Shown here piece after piece: positions 1-13,650 of a stretch of 64,000 nt of DNA; the first letter of the stretch is position 1, and each line of letters begins with the position of its first letter. This DNA comes from Eledone cirrhosa (Eukaryota), in NCBI GenBank assembly GCA_964016885.1, contig OZ024759.1, positions 24,118,001 to 24,182,000 of the forward strand, read 5' to 3'. The notes under the pieces are model-generated. The model did no database searches. It had not been told where the DNA came from and saw only the letters and a program-made list of their open reading frames with translations. A program made the translations under genes and the position numbers.

Positions 1-236
1 ACGTATAAACCTTTACACTATCTCATAACCATTCCTATATTCGTCTTTCCAAAACATGTGCTTTAACACTTTGAGCCCAGTTTACTTCGATATATCCCTA
101 TATATCTCTATTTTCCTTTTAACGCAAAACACCATGCTGTCTGGCTCACTCTCTCCGTTATCTACCTAATGCGATCTACCTCTTTTTGAGTAATCCCTTG
201 CTTGTCTTTCAAGCAAGTTGGTCTTTACTCCTATGG

Positions 237-480
237 ACGTATAAACCTTTACACTATCTAATATACACTCCTATATTCGTCTTTCCAAGTCATGTGCTTT
301 CACACTTTGAGCCCAGTTTACTTCGATATACCTCTATATATCTCTATATATCTCTATTTTCCTTTTAACGGAAAACACCATGCTGTCTGGCTATCTCTCT
401 CCCAATCTACCTCATACTCTCTACCTCTTTTTGAGTAACCCTTGCTTGTCTTTCAAGCAAGTTGGTCTTTACTCCTATGG
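237..480 (+). repeat. Aberrant 244-bp monomer with a third copy of the internal 10-bp unit ATATATCTCT and a 1-bp deletion
   Basis: Positions 321-360 read CTTCGATATACCTCTATATATCTCTATATATCTCTATTTT (three units versus two in the consensus). The AGTAACCCTT -1 variant lies at about 434-443. 235+10-1=244 matches the observed spacing from 237 to 481. Confidence 0.92.
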
Positions 481-899
481 ACGTATAAACCTTTACACTA
501 TCTAATAACCACTCCTATATTCGTCTTTCCAAGTCATGTGCTTTCACACTTTGAGCCCAGTTTACTTCGATATATCTCTATATATCTCTATTTTCCTTTT
601 AAAGGAAAACACCATGCTGTCTGGCTATCTCTCTCCCAATCTACCTCATACTCTCTACCTCTTTTTGAGTAATCCCTTGCTTGTCTTTCAAGCAAGTTGG
701 TCTTTACTCCTATGGACGAATAAACCTTTACACTATCTCATAACCATTCCTATATTCGTCTTTCCAAAACATGTGCTTTAACACTTTGAGCCCAGTTTAC
801 TTCGATATATCCCTATATATCTCTATTTTCCTTTTAACGGAAAACACCATGCTGTCTGGCTCTCTCTCTCCCTTATCTACCTCATGCGATCTACCTCTT

Positions 900-3800
900 T
901 TTGAGTAATCCCTTGCTTGTCTTTCAAGCAAGTTGGTCTTTACTCCCATGGACGTATAAACCTTTACACTATCTCATAACCATTCCCATATTCGTCTTTC
1001 CAATTCATGTGCTTTAACACTTTGAGCCCGGTTTACTTCGATATATCTCTATATATCTCTATTTTCCTTTTAACGGAAAACACCATGCTGTTTGGCTATC
1101 TCTCTCCCAATCTACCTCATACTCTCTACCTCTTTTTGAGTAATCCCTTGCTTGTCTTTCAAGCAAGTTGGTCTTTGCTCCTATGGACGTATAAACCTTT
1201 ACACTATCTCATAACCATTCCTATATTCGTCTTTCCAAAACATGTGCTTTAACACTTTGAGCCCAGTTTACTTCGATATATCGCTATATATCTCTATTTT
1301 CCTTTTAACGGAAAACACCATGCTGTCTGGCTCACTCTCTCCCTTATCTACCTCATGCGATCTACCTCTTTTTGAGTAATCCCTTGCTTGTCTTTCAAGC
1401 AAGTTGGTCTTTACTCCTATGGACGTATAAACCTTTACACTATCTAATAACCACTCCTATATTCGTCTTTCCAAGTCATGTGCTTTCACACTTTGAGCCC
1501 AGTTTACTTCGATATATCTCTATATATCTCTATTTTCCTTTTAACGGAAAACACCATGCTGTCTGGCTATCTCTCTCCCAATCTACCTCATACTCTCTAC
1601 CTCTTTTTGAGTAATCCCTTGCTTGTCTTTCAAGCAAGTTGGTCTTTGCTCCTATGGACGTATAAACCTTTACACTATCTCATAACCACTCCTATATTCG
1701 TCTTTCCAAGTCATGTGCTTTAACACTTTGAGCCCAGTTTACTTCGATATATCCCTATATATCTCTATTTTCCTTTTAACGGAAAACACCATGCTGTCTG
1801 ACTCTCTCTCACCCAATCTACCTCATACTCTCTACCTCTTTTTGAGTAATCCCTTGCTTGTCTTTCAAGCAAGTTGGTCTTTACTCCTATGGACGAATAA
1901 ACCTTTACACTATCTCATAACCATTCCTATATTCGTCTTTCCAAGTCATGTGCTTTCACACTTTGAGCCCAGTTTACTTCGATATATCTCTATATATCTC
2001 TATCTTCCTTTTAACGGAAAACACCATGCTGTCTGGCTATCTCTCTCCCAATCTACCTCATACTCTCTAGCACTTTTTTAGTAATCCCTTGCTTGTCTTT
2101 CAAGCAAGTTGGTCTTTACTCCTATGGACGTATAAACCTTTACACTATCTCATAACCATTCCTATATTCGTCTTTCCAAGTCATGTGCTTTCACACTTTG
2201 AGCCCAGTTTACTTCGATATATCTCTATATATCTCTATTTTATTTTAACGGAAAACACCATGCTGTCTGGCTATCTCTCTCCCAATCTACCTCATACTCT
2301 CTACCTCTTTTTGAGTAATCCCTTGCTTGTCTTTCAAGCAAGTTGGTCTTTACTCCTATGGACGTATAAACCTTTACACTATCTCACAACCATTCCTATA
2401 TTCATCTTTCCAAGTCATGTGCTTTAACATTTTGAGCCCAGTTTACTTCGATATATTCCTATATATCTCTATTTTCCTTTTAACGGAAAACACCATGCTG
2501 TCTGTCTATCTCTCTCCCAATCTACCTCATACTCTCTAGCACTTTTTTAGTAATCCCTTGCTTGTCTTTCAAGCAAGTTGGTCTTTACTCCTATGGACGT
2601 ATAAACCTTTACACTATCTCATAACCATTCCTATATTCGTCTTTCCAAGTCATGTGCTTTCACACTTTGAGCCCAGTTTACTTCGATATATCTCTATATA
2701 TCTCTATTTTCCTTTTAACGGAAAACACCATGCTGTCTGGCTATCTCTCTCCCAATCTACCTCATACTCTCTACCTCTTTTTGAGTAATCCCTTGCTTGT
2801 CTTTCAAGCAAGTTGGTCTTTACTCCCATGGACGTATAAACCTTTACACTATCTCATAACCATTCCCATATTCGTCTTTCCAATTCATGTGCTTTAACAC
2901 TTTGAGCCCGGTTTACTTCGATATATCTCTATATATCTCTATTTTCCTTTTAACGGAAAACACCATGCTGTTTGGCTATCTCTCTCCCAATCTACCTCAT
3001 ACTCTCTACCTCTTTTTGAGTAATCCCTTGCTTGTCTTTCAACCAAGTTGGTCTTTGCTCCTATGGACGTATAAACCTTTACACTATCTCATAACCATTC
3101 CTATATTCGTCTTTCCAAAACATGTGCTTTAACACTTTGAGCCCAGTTTACTTCGATATATCCCTATATATCTCTATTTTCCTTTTAACGGAAAACACCA
3201 TGCTGTCTGGCTCACTCTCTCCCTTATCTACCTCATGCGATCTACCTCTTTTTGAGTAATCCCTTGCTTGTCTTTCAAGCAAGTTGGTCTTTACTCCTAT
3301 GGACGTATAAACCTTTACACTATCTAATAACCACTCCTATATTCGTCTTTCCAAGTCATGTGCTTTCACACTTTGAGCCCAGTTTACTTCGATATATCAC
3401 TATATATCTCTATTTTCCTTTTAACGGAAAACACCATGCTGTCTGGCTATCTCTCTCCCAATCTACCTCATACTCTCTACCTCTTTTTGAGTAATCCCTT
3501 GCTTGTCTTTCAAGCAAGTTGGTCTTTGCTCCTATGGACGTATAAACCTTTACACTATCTCATAACCACTCCTATATTCGTCTTTCCAAGTCATGTGCTT
3601 TAACACTTTGAGCCCAGTTTACTTCGATATATCCCTATATATCTCTATTTTCCTTTTAACGGAAAACACCATGCTGTCTGACTCTCTCTCACCCAATCTA
3701 CCTCATACTCTCTACCTCTTTTTGAGTAATCCCTTGCTTGTCTTTCAAGCAAGTTGGTCTTTACTCCTATGGACGAATAAACCTTTACACTATCTCATAA

Positions 3801-4680
3801 CCATTCCTATATTCGTCTTTCCAAGTCATGTGCTTTCACACTTTGAGCCCAGTTTACTTCGATATATCTCTATATATCTCTATCTTCCTTTTAACGGAAA
3901 ACACCATGCTGTCTGGCTATCTCTCTCCCAATCTACCTCATACTCTCTAGCACTTTTTTAGTAATCCCTTGCTTGTCTTTCAAGCAAGTTGGTCTTTACT
4001 CCTATGGACGTATAAACCTTTACACTATCTCATAACCATTCCTATATTCGTCTTTCCAAGTCATGTGCTTTCACACTTTGAGCCCAGTTTACTTCGATAT
4101 ATCTCTATATATCTCTATTTTCCTTTTAACGGAAAACACCATGCTGTCTGGCTATCTCTCTCCCAATCTACCTCATACTCTCTACCTCTGTTTGAGTAAT
4201 CCCTTGCTTGTCTTTCAAGCAAGTTGGTCTTTACTCCTATGGACGTATAAACCTTTACACTATCTCACAACCATTCCTATATTCATCTTTCCAAGTCATG
4301 TGCTTTAAAGTTTTGAGCCCAGTTTACTTCGATATATTCCTATATATCTCTATTTTCCTTTTAACGGAAAACACCATGCTGTCTGGCTATCTCTCTCCCA
4401 ATCTACCTCATACTCTCTAGCACTTTTTTAGTAATCCCTTGCTTGTCTTTCAAGCAAGTTGGTCTTTACTCCTATGGACGTATAAACCTTTACACTATCT
4501 CATAACCATTCCTATATTCGTCTTTCCAAGTCATGTGCTTTCACACTTTGAGCCCAGTTTACTTCGATATATCTCTATATATCTCTATTTTCCTTTTAAC
4601 GGAAAACACCATGCTGTCTGGCTATCTCTCTCCCAATCTACCTCATACTCTCTACCTCTTTTTGAGTAATCCCTTGCTTG
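900..4680 (+). repeat. Higher-order duplication: 8-monomer block (about 1880 bp) x2
   Basis: Rare variants CCCATGG, CATTCCC, CAATTCATG and GAGCCCGG occur at about 945-1030 and 2825-2910. GTCTGACTC and GACGAAT are also shared. ORF pairs 1007/2887, 1372/3252, 1713/3593 and 2089/3969 are all offset by 1880. Confidence 0.9.
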
Positions 4681-7150
4681 TCTTTCAAGCAAGTTGGTCT
4701 TTACTCCTATGGACGTATAAACCTTTACACTATCTCATAACCATTCCTATATTCGTCTTTCCAAGTCATGTGCTTTCACACTTTGAGCCCAGTTTACTTC
4801 GATATATCTCTATATATCTCTATCTTCCTTTTAACGGAAAACACCATGCTGTCTGGCTATCTCTCACCCAATCTACCTCATACTCTCTACCTCTTTTTGA
4901 GTAATCCCTTGCTTGTCTTTCAAGCAAGTTGGTCTTTAATCCTATGGACGTATAAGCCTTTACACTATCTCATAACCATTCCTATATTCGTCTTTGCAAG
5001 TCATGTGCATTAACACTTTGAGCCCAGTTTACTTCGATATATCTCTATATATCTCTATTTTCCTTTTAACGGAAAACACCATGCTGTCTGGCTATCTCTC
5101 TCCCAATCTACCTCATACTCTCTACCTCTTTTTGAGTAATCCCTTGCTTGTCTTTCAAGCAAGTTGGTCTTTACTCCTATGGACGTATAAACCTTTACAC
5201 TATCTCATAACCATTCCTATATTCGTCTTTCCAAGTCATGTGCTTTCACACTTTGAGCCCAGTTTACTTCGATATATCTCTATATATCTCTATCTTCCTT
5301 TTAACGGAAAACACCATGCTGTCTGGCTATCTCTCACCGAATCTACCTCATACTCTCTACCTCTTTTTGAGTAATCCCTTGCTTGTCTTTCAAGCAAGTT
5401 GGTCTTTACTCCTATGGACGTATAAGCCTTTACACTATCTCATAACCATTCCTATATTCGTCTTTGCAAGTCATGTGCATTAACACTTTGAGCCCAGTTT
5501 ACTTCGATATATCTCTATATATCTCTATTTTCCTTTTAACGGAAAACACCATGCTGTCTGGCTATCTCTCTCCCAATCTACCTCATACTCTCTACCTCTT
5601 TTTGAGTAATCCCTTGTTTGTCTTTCAAGCAAGTTGGTCTTTACTCCTATGGACGTATAAACCTTTACACTATCTCATAACCATTCCTATATTCGTCTTT
5701 CCAAGTCATGTGCTTTCACACTTTGAGCCCAGTTTACTTCGATATATCTCTATATATCTCTATCTTCCTTTTAACGGAAAACACCATGCTGTCTGGCTAT
5801 CTCTCTCCCAATCTACCTCATACTCTCTAGCACTTTTTTAGTAATCCCTTGCTTGTCTTTCAAGCAAGTTGGTCTTTACTCCTATGGACGTATAAACCTT
5901 TACACTATCTCATAACCATTCCTATATTCGTCTTTCCAAGTCATGTGCTTTCACACTTTGAGCCCAGTTTACTTCGATATATCTCTATATATCTCTATTT
6001 TCCTTTTAACGGAAAACACCATGCTGTCTGGCTATCTCTCTCCCAATCTACCTCATACTCTCTACCTCTTTTTGAGTAATCCCTTGCTTGTCTTTCAAGC
6101 AAGTTGGTCTTTACTCCTATGGACGTATAAACCTTTACACTATCTCATAACCATTCCTATATTCGTCTTTCCAAGTCATGTGCTTTCACACTTTAAGCCC
6201 AGTTTACTTCGATATATCTCTATATATCTCTATCTTCCTTTTAACGGAAAACACCATGCTGTCTGGCTATCTCTCACCCAATCTACCTCATACTCTCTAC
6301 CTCTTTTTGAGTAATCCCTTGCTTGTCTTTCAAGCAAGTTGGTCTTTAATCCTATGGACGTATAAGCCTTTACACTATCTCATAACCATTCCTATATTCG
6401 TCTTTGCAAGTCATGTGCATTAACACTTTGAGCCCAGTTTACTTCGATATATCTCTATATATCTCTATTTTCCTTTTAACGGAAAACACCATGCTGTCTG
6501 GCTATCTCTCTCCCAATCTACCTCATACTCTCTACCTCTTTTTGAGTAATCCCTTGCTTGTCTTTCAAGCAAGTTGGTCTTTACTCCTATGGACGTATAA
6601 ACCTTTACACTATCTCATAACCATTCCTATATTCGTCTTTCCAAGTCATGTGCTTTCACACTTTGAGCCCAGTTTACTTCGATATATCTCTATATATCTC
6701 TATCTTCCTTTTAACGGAAAACACCATGCTGTCTGGCTATCTCTCACCCAATCTACCTCATACTCTCTACCTCTTTTTGAGTAATCCCTTGCTTGTCTTT
6801 CAAGCAAGTTGGTCTTTACTCCTATGGACGTATAAGCCTTTACACTATCTCATAACCATTCCTATATTCGTCTTTGCAAGTCATGTGCATTAACACTTTG
6901 AGCCCAGTTTACTTCGATATATCTCTATATATCTCTATTTTCCTTTTAACGGAAAACACCATGCTGTCTGGCTATCTCTCTCCCAATCTACCTCATACTC
7001 TCTACCTCTTTTTGAGTAATCCCTTGTTTGTCTTTCAAGCAAGTTGGTCTTTACTCCTATGGACGTATAAACCTTTACACTATCTCATAACCATTCCTAT
7101 ATTCGTCTTTCCAAGTCATGTGCTTTCACACTTTGAGCCCAGTTTACTTC
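4400..7150 (+). repeat. Higher-order duplication: 6-monomer block (1410 bp) x2 containing a nested 2-monomer (470 bp) repeat
   Basis: The TAAGCC/TTTGCAAG/GTGCATTA haplotype occurs at about 4950, 5420, 6360 and 6830. TTTAATCC occurs at about 4935 and 6345. ORF pairs 4439/5849, 4768/6178 and 5464/6874 are offset by 1410. Confidence 0.88.
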
Positions 7151-7399
7151 GATATATCTCTATATATCTCTATTTTCCTTTTAACGGAAAATACCATGCT
7201 GTCTGGCTATCTCTCTTCCAATCTACCTCATACTCTCTACCTCTTTTTGAGTAATCCCTTGCTTGTCTTTCAAGCAAGTTGGTCTTTACTCCTATGGACG
7301 TATAAACCTTTACACTATCTCATAACCATTCCTATATTCGTCTTTCCAAGTCATGTGCTTTCACACTTTGAGCCCAGTTTACTTCGATATATCCCTATA

Positions 7400-10300
7400 T
7401 ATCTCTATTTTCCTTTTAACGGAAAACACCATGCTGTCTGGCTCTCTCTCTCCCTTATCTACCTCATGCGATCTACCTCTTTTTGAGTAATTCCTTATTT
7501 GTCTTTCAAGCAAGTTGGTCTTTACTCCTATGGACGTATAAACCTTTACACTATCTCATAACCATTCCTATATTCGTCTTTCCAAGTCATGTGCTTTCAC
7601 ACTTTGAGCCCAGTTTACTTCGATATATCCCTATATATCTCTATTTTCCTTTTAACGGAAAACACCTTGCTGTCTGGCTATCTCTCTCACAATCTACCTC
7701 ATACTCTCTACCTCTTTTTGAGTAACCCTTGCTTGTCTTTCAAGCAAGTTGGTCTTTACTCCTATGGACGTATAAACCTTTACACTTTATCATAACCATT
7801 CCTATATTCATCTTTCCATGTTATGTGCTTTAACATTTTGAGCCCAGTTTACTTCGATATATCCCTATATATCTCTATTTTCCTTTTAACGGAAAACTCC
7901 ATGCTGTCTGGCTATCTCTCTCCCAATCTACCTCATACTCTCTAGCACTTTTTTAGTAATCCCTTGCTTGTCTTTCAAGCAAGTTGGTCTTTACTCCTAT
8001 GGACGTATAAACCTTTACACTATCTCATAACCATTCCTATATTCGTCTTTCCAAGTCATGTGCTTTCACACTTTGAGCCCAGTTTACTTCGATATATCTC
8101 TATATATCTCTATTTTCCTTTTAACGGAAAACACCATGTTGTCTGGCTATCTCTCTCCCAATCTACCTCATACTCTCTACCTCTTTTTGAGTAATCCCTT
8201 GCTTGTCTTTCAAGCAAGTTGGTCTTTACTCCTATGGACGTATAAACCTTTACACTATCTCATAACCATTCCTATATTCGTCTTTCCAAGTCATGTGCTT
8301 TCACACTTTGAGCCCAGTTTACTTCGATATATCTCTATATATCTCTATTTTCCTTTTAACGGAAAACACCATGCTGTCTGGCTATCTCTCTCACAATCTA
8401 CCTCATACTCTCTACCTCTTTTTGAGTAATCCCTTGCTTGTCTTTCAAGCAAGTTGGTCTTTGCTCCTATGGACGTATAAACCTTTACACTATCTCATAA
8501 CCATTCCTATATTCGTCTTTCCAAAACATGTGCTTTAACACTTTGAGCCCAGTTTACTTCGATATATCCCTATATATCTCTATTTTCCTTTTAACGGAAA
8601 ACACCATGCTGTCTGGCTCACTCTCTCCCTTATCTACCACATGCGATCTAGCTCTTTTTGAGTAATCCCTTGCTTGTCTTTCAAGCAAGTTGGTCTTTAC
8701 TCCTATGGACGTATAAACCTTTACACTATCTCATAACCATTCATATATTCGTCTTTCCAAGTCATGTGCTTTCACACTTTGAGCCCAGTTTACTTCGATA
8801 TATCTCTATATATCTCTATCTTCCTTTTAACGGAAAACACCATGCTGTCTGGCTATCTCTCACCCAATCTACCTCATACTCTCTACCTCTTTTTGTGTAA
8901 TCCCTTGCTTGTCTTTCAAGCAAGTTGGTCTTTACTCCTATGGACGTATAAACCTTTACACTATCTCATAACCATTCCTATATTCGTCTTTCCAAGTCAT
9001 GTGCTTTCACACTTTGAGCCCAGTTTACTTCGATATATCCCTATATATCTCTATTTTCCTTTTAACGGAAAACACCTTGCTGTCTGGCTATCTCTCTCAC
9101 AATCTACCTCATACTCTCTACCTCTTTTTGAGTAACCCTTGCTTGTCTTTCAAGCAAGTTGGTCTTTACTCCTATGGACGTATAAACCTTTACACTTTAT
9201 CATAACCATTCCTATATTCATCTTTCCATGTTATGTGCTTTAACATTTTGAGCCCAGTTTACTTCGAAATATCCCTATATATCTCTATTTTCCTTTTAAC
9301 GGAAAACTCCATGCTGTCTGGCTATCTCTCTCCCAATCTACCTCATACTCTCTAGCACTTTTTTAGTAATCCCTTGCTTGTCTTTCAAGCAAGTTGGTCT
9401 TTACTCCTATGGACGTATAAACCTTTACACTATCTCATAACCATTCCTATATTCGTCTTTCCAAGTCATGTGCTTTCACACTTTGAGCCCAGTTTACTTC
9501 GATATATCTCTATATATCTCTATTTTCCTTTTAACGGAAAACACCATGCTGTCTGGCTATCTCTCTCCCAATCTACCTCATACTCTCTACCTCTTTTTGA
9601 GTAATCCCTTGCTTGTCTTTCAAGCAAGTTGGTCTTTACTCCTATGGACGTATAAACCTTTACACTATCTCATAACCATTCCTATATTCGTCTTTCCAAG
9701 TCATGTGCTTTCACACTTTGAGCCCAGTTTACTTCGATATATCTCTATATATCTCTATTTTCCTTTTAACGGAAAACACCATGCTGTCTGGCTATCTCTC
9801 TCCCAATCTACCTCATACTCTCTACCTCTTTTTGAGTAATCCCTTGCTTGTCTTTCAAGCAAGTTGGTCTTTGCTCCTATGGACGTATAAACCTTTACAC
9901 TATCTCATAACCATTCCTATATTCGTCTTTCCAAAACATGTGCTTTAACACTTTGAGCCCAGTTTACTTCGATATATCCCTATATATCTCTATTTTCCTT
10001 TTAACGGAAAACACCATGCTGTCTGGCTCACTCTCTCCCTTATCTACCTCATGCGATCTACCTCTTTTTGAGTAATCCCTTGCTTGTCTTTCAAGCAAGT
10101 TGGTCTTTACTCCTATGGACGTATAAACCTTTACACTATCTCATAACCATTCATATATTCGTCTTTCCAAGTCATGTGCTTTCACACTTTGAGCCCAGTT
10201 TACTTCGATATATCTCTATATATCTCTATCTTCCTTTTAACGGAAAACACCATGCTGTCTGGCTATCTCTCACCGAATCTACCTCATACTCTCTACCTCT

Positions 10301-13300
10301 TTTTGAGTAATCCCTTGCTTGTCTTTCAAGCAAGTTGGTCTTTACTCCTATGGACGTATAAACCTTTACACTATCTCATAACCATTCCTATATTCGTCTT
10401 TCCAAGTCATGTGCTTTCACACTTTGAGCCCAGTTTACTTCGATATATCGCTATATATCTCTATTTTCCTTTTAACGGAAAACACCATGCTGTCTGGCTA
10501 TCTCTCTCCCAATCTACCTCATACTCTCTACCTCTTTTTGAGTAATCCCTTGCTTGTCTTTCAAGCAAGTTGGTCTTTACTCCTATGGACGTATAAACCT
10601 TTACACTATATCATAACCATTCCTATATTCGTCTTTCCAAGTCATGTGCTTTCACACTTTGAGCCCAGTTTACTTCGATATATCTCTATATATCTCTATC
10701 TTCCTTTTAACGGAAAACACCATGCTGTCTGGCTATCTCTCACCGAATCTACCTCATACTCTCTACCTCTTTTTGAGTAATCCCTTGCTTGTCTTTCAAG
10801 CAAGTTGGTCTTTACTCCTATGGACGTATAAACCTTTACACTATCTCATAACCATTCCTATATTCGTCTTTCCAAAACATGTGCTTTAACACTTTGAGCC
10901 CAGTTTACTTCGATATATCCCTATATATCTCTATTTTCCTTTTAACGGAAAACACCATGCTGTCTGGCTCTCTCTCTCCCTTATCTACCTCATGCGATCT
11001 ACCTCTTTTTGAGTAATTCCTTATTTGTCTTTCAAGCAAGTTGGTCTTTACTCCTATGGACGTATAAACCTTTACACTATCTCATAACCATTCCTATATT
11101 CGTCTTTCCAAGTCATGTGCTTTCACACTTTGAGCCCAGTTTACTTCGATATATCCCTATATATCTCTATTTTCCTTTTAACGGAAAACACCTTGCTGTC
11201 TGGCTATCTCTCTCACAATCTACCTCATACTCTCTACCTCTTTTTGAGTAACCCTTGCTTGTCTTTCAAGCAAGTTGGTCTTTACTCCTATGGACGTATA
11301 AACCTTTACACTTTATCATAACCATTCCTATATTCATCTTTCCATGTTATGTGCTTTAACATTTTGAGCCCAGTTTACTTCGATATATCCCTATATATCT
11401 CTATTTTCCTTTTAACGGAAAACTCCATGCTGTCTGGCTATCTCTCTCCCAATCTACCTCATACTCTCTAGCACTTTTTTAGTAATCCCTTGCTTGTCTT
11501 TCAAGCAAGTTGGTCTTTACTCCTATGGACGTATAAACCTTTACACTATCTCATAACCATTCCTATATTCGTCTTTCCAAGTCATGTGCTTTCACACTTT
11601 GAGCCCAGTTTACTTCGATATATCTCTATATATCTCTATTTTCCTTTTAACGGAAAACACCATGTTGTCTGGCTATCTCTCTCCCAATCTACCTCATACT
11701 CTCTACCTCTTTTTGAGTAATCCCTTGCTTGTCTTTCAAGCAAGTTGGTCTTTACTCCTATGGACGTATAAACCTTTACACTATCTCATAACCATTCCTA
11801 TATTCGTCTTTCCAAGTCATGTGCTTTCACACTTTGAGCCCAGTTTACTTCGATATATCTCTATATATCTCTATTTTCCTTTTAACGGAAAACACCATGC
11901 TGTCTGGCTATCTCTCTCACAATCTACCTCATACTCTCTACCTCTTTTTGAGTAATCCCTTGCTTGTCTTTCAAGCAAGTTGGTCTTTGCTCCTATGGAC
12001 GTATAAACCTTTACACTATCTCATAACCATTCCTATATTCGTCTTTCCAAAACATGTGCTTTAACACTTTGAGCCCAGTTTACTTCGATATATCCCTATA
12101 TATCTCTATTTTCCTTTTAACGGAAAACACCATGCTGTCTGGCTCACTCTCTCCCTTATCTACCACATGCGATCTAGCTCTTTTTGAGTAATCCCTTGCT
12201 TGTCTTTCAAGCAAGTTGGTCTTTACTCCTATGGACGTATAAACCTTTACACTATCTCATAACCATTCATATATTCGTCTTTCCAAGTCATGTGCTTTCA
12301 CACTTTGAGCCCAGTTTACTTCGATATATCTCTATATATCTCTATCTTCCTTTTAACGGAAAACACCATGCTGTCTGGCTATCTCTCACCCAATCTACCT
12401 CATACTCTCTACCTCTTTTTGTGTAATCCCTTGCTTGTCTTTCAAGCAAGTTGGTCTTTACTCCTATGGACGTATAAACCTTTACACTATCTCATAACCA
12501 TTCCTATATTCGTCTTTCCAAGTCATGTGCTTTCACACTTTGAGCCCAGTTTACTTCGATATATCCCTATATATCTCTATTTTCCTTTTAACGGAAAACA
12601 CCTTGCTGTCTGGCTATCTCTCTCACAATCTACCTCATACTCTCTACCTCTTTTTGAGTAACCCTTGCTTGTCTTTCAAGCAAGTTGGTCTTTACTCCTA
12701 TGGACGTATAAACCTTTACACTTTATCATAACCATTCCTATATTCATCTTTCCATGTTATGTGCTTTAACATTTTGAGCCCAGTTTACTTCGAAATATCC
12801 CTATATATCTCTATTTTCCTTTTAACGGAAAACTCCATGCTGTCTGGCTATCTCTCTCCCAATCTACCTCATACTCTCTAGCACTTTTTTAGTAATCCCT
12901 TGCTTGTCTTTCAAGCAAGTTGGTCTTTACTCCTATGGACGTATAAACCTTTACACTATCTCATAACCATTCCTATATTCGTCTTTCCAAGTCATGTGCT
13001 TTCACACTTTGAGCCCAGTTTACTTCGATATATCTCTATATATCTCTATTTTCCTTTTAACGGAAAACACCATGCTGTCTGGCTATCTCTCTCCCAATCT
13101 ACCTCATACTCTCTACCTCTTTTTGAGTAATCCCTTGCTTGTCTTTCAAGCAAGTTGGTCTTTACTCCTATGGACGTATAAACCTTTACACTATCTCATA
13201 ACCATTCCTATATTCGTCTTTCCAAGTCATGTGCTTTCACACTTTGAGCCCAGTTTACTTCGATATATCTCTATATATCTCTATTTTCCTTTTAACGGAA

Positions 13301-13650
13301 AACACCATGCTGTCTGGCTATCTCTCTCCCAATCTACCTCATACTCTCTACCTCTTTTTGAGTAATCCCTTGCTTGTCTTTCAAGCAAGTTGGTCTTTGC
13401 TCCTATGGACGTATAAACCTTTACACTATCTCATAACCATTCCTATATTCGTCTTTCCAAAACATGTGCTTTAACACTTTGAGCCCAGTTTACTTCGATA
13501 TATCCCTATATATCTCTATTTTCCTTTTAACGGAAAACACCATGCTGTCTGGCTCACTCTCTCCCTTATCTACCTCATGCGATCTACCTCTTTTTGAGTA
13601 ATCCCTTGCTTGTCTTTCAAGCAAGTTGGTCTTTACTCCTATGGACGTAT
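7400..13650 (+). repeat. Higher-order duplication: 15-monomer block (3526 bp, internally 6+6+3) x about 1.8
   Basis: ORF pairs 7483/11009, 7964/11490, 8658/12184, 8999/12525 and 9703/13229 are offset by 3526. The inner offset of 1410 appears at 7589/8999, 7964/9374 and 8658/10068. Private variants TTCCTTATTTG, CATGTTGTC, CTACCACATGCGATCTAGC and TTCGAAAT are shared. Confidence 0.92.

Noticed and set aside
197-217. Hairpin as a rho-independent terminator or structured RNA
   Set aside because: There is no U-tract directly after the stem on either strand, no upstream gene, and no compensatory covariation among variants.
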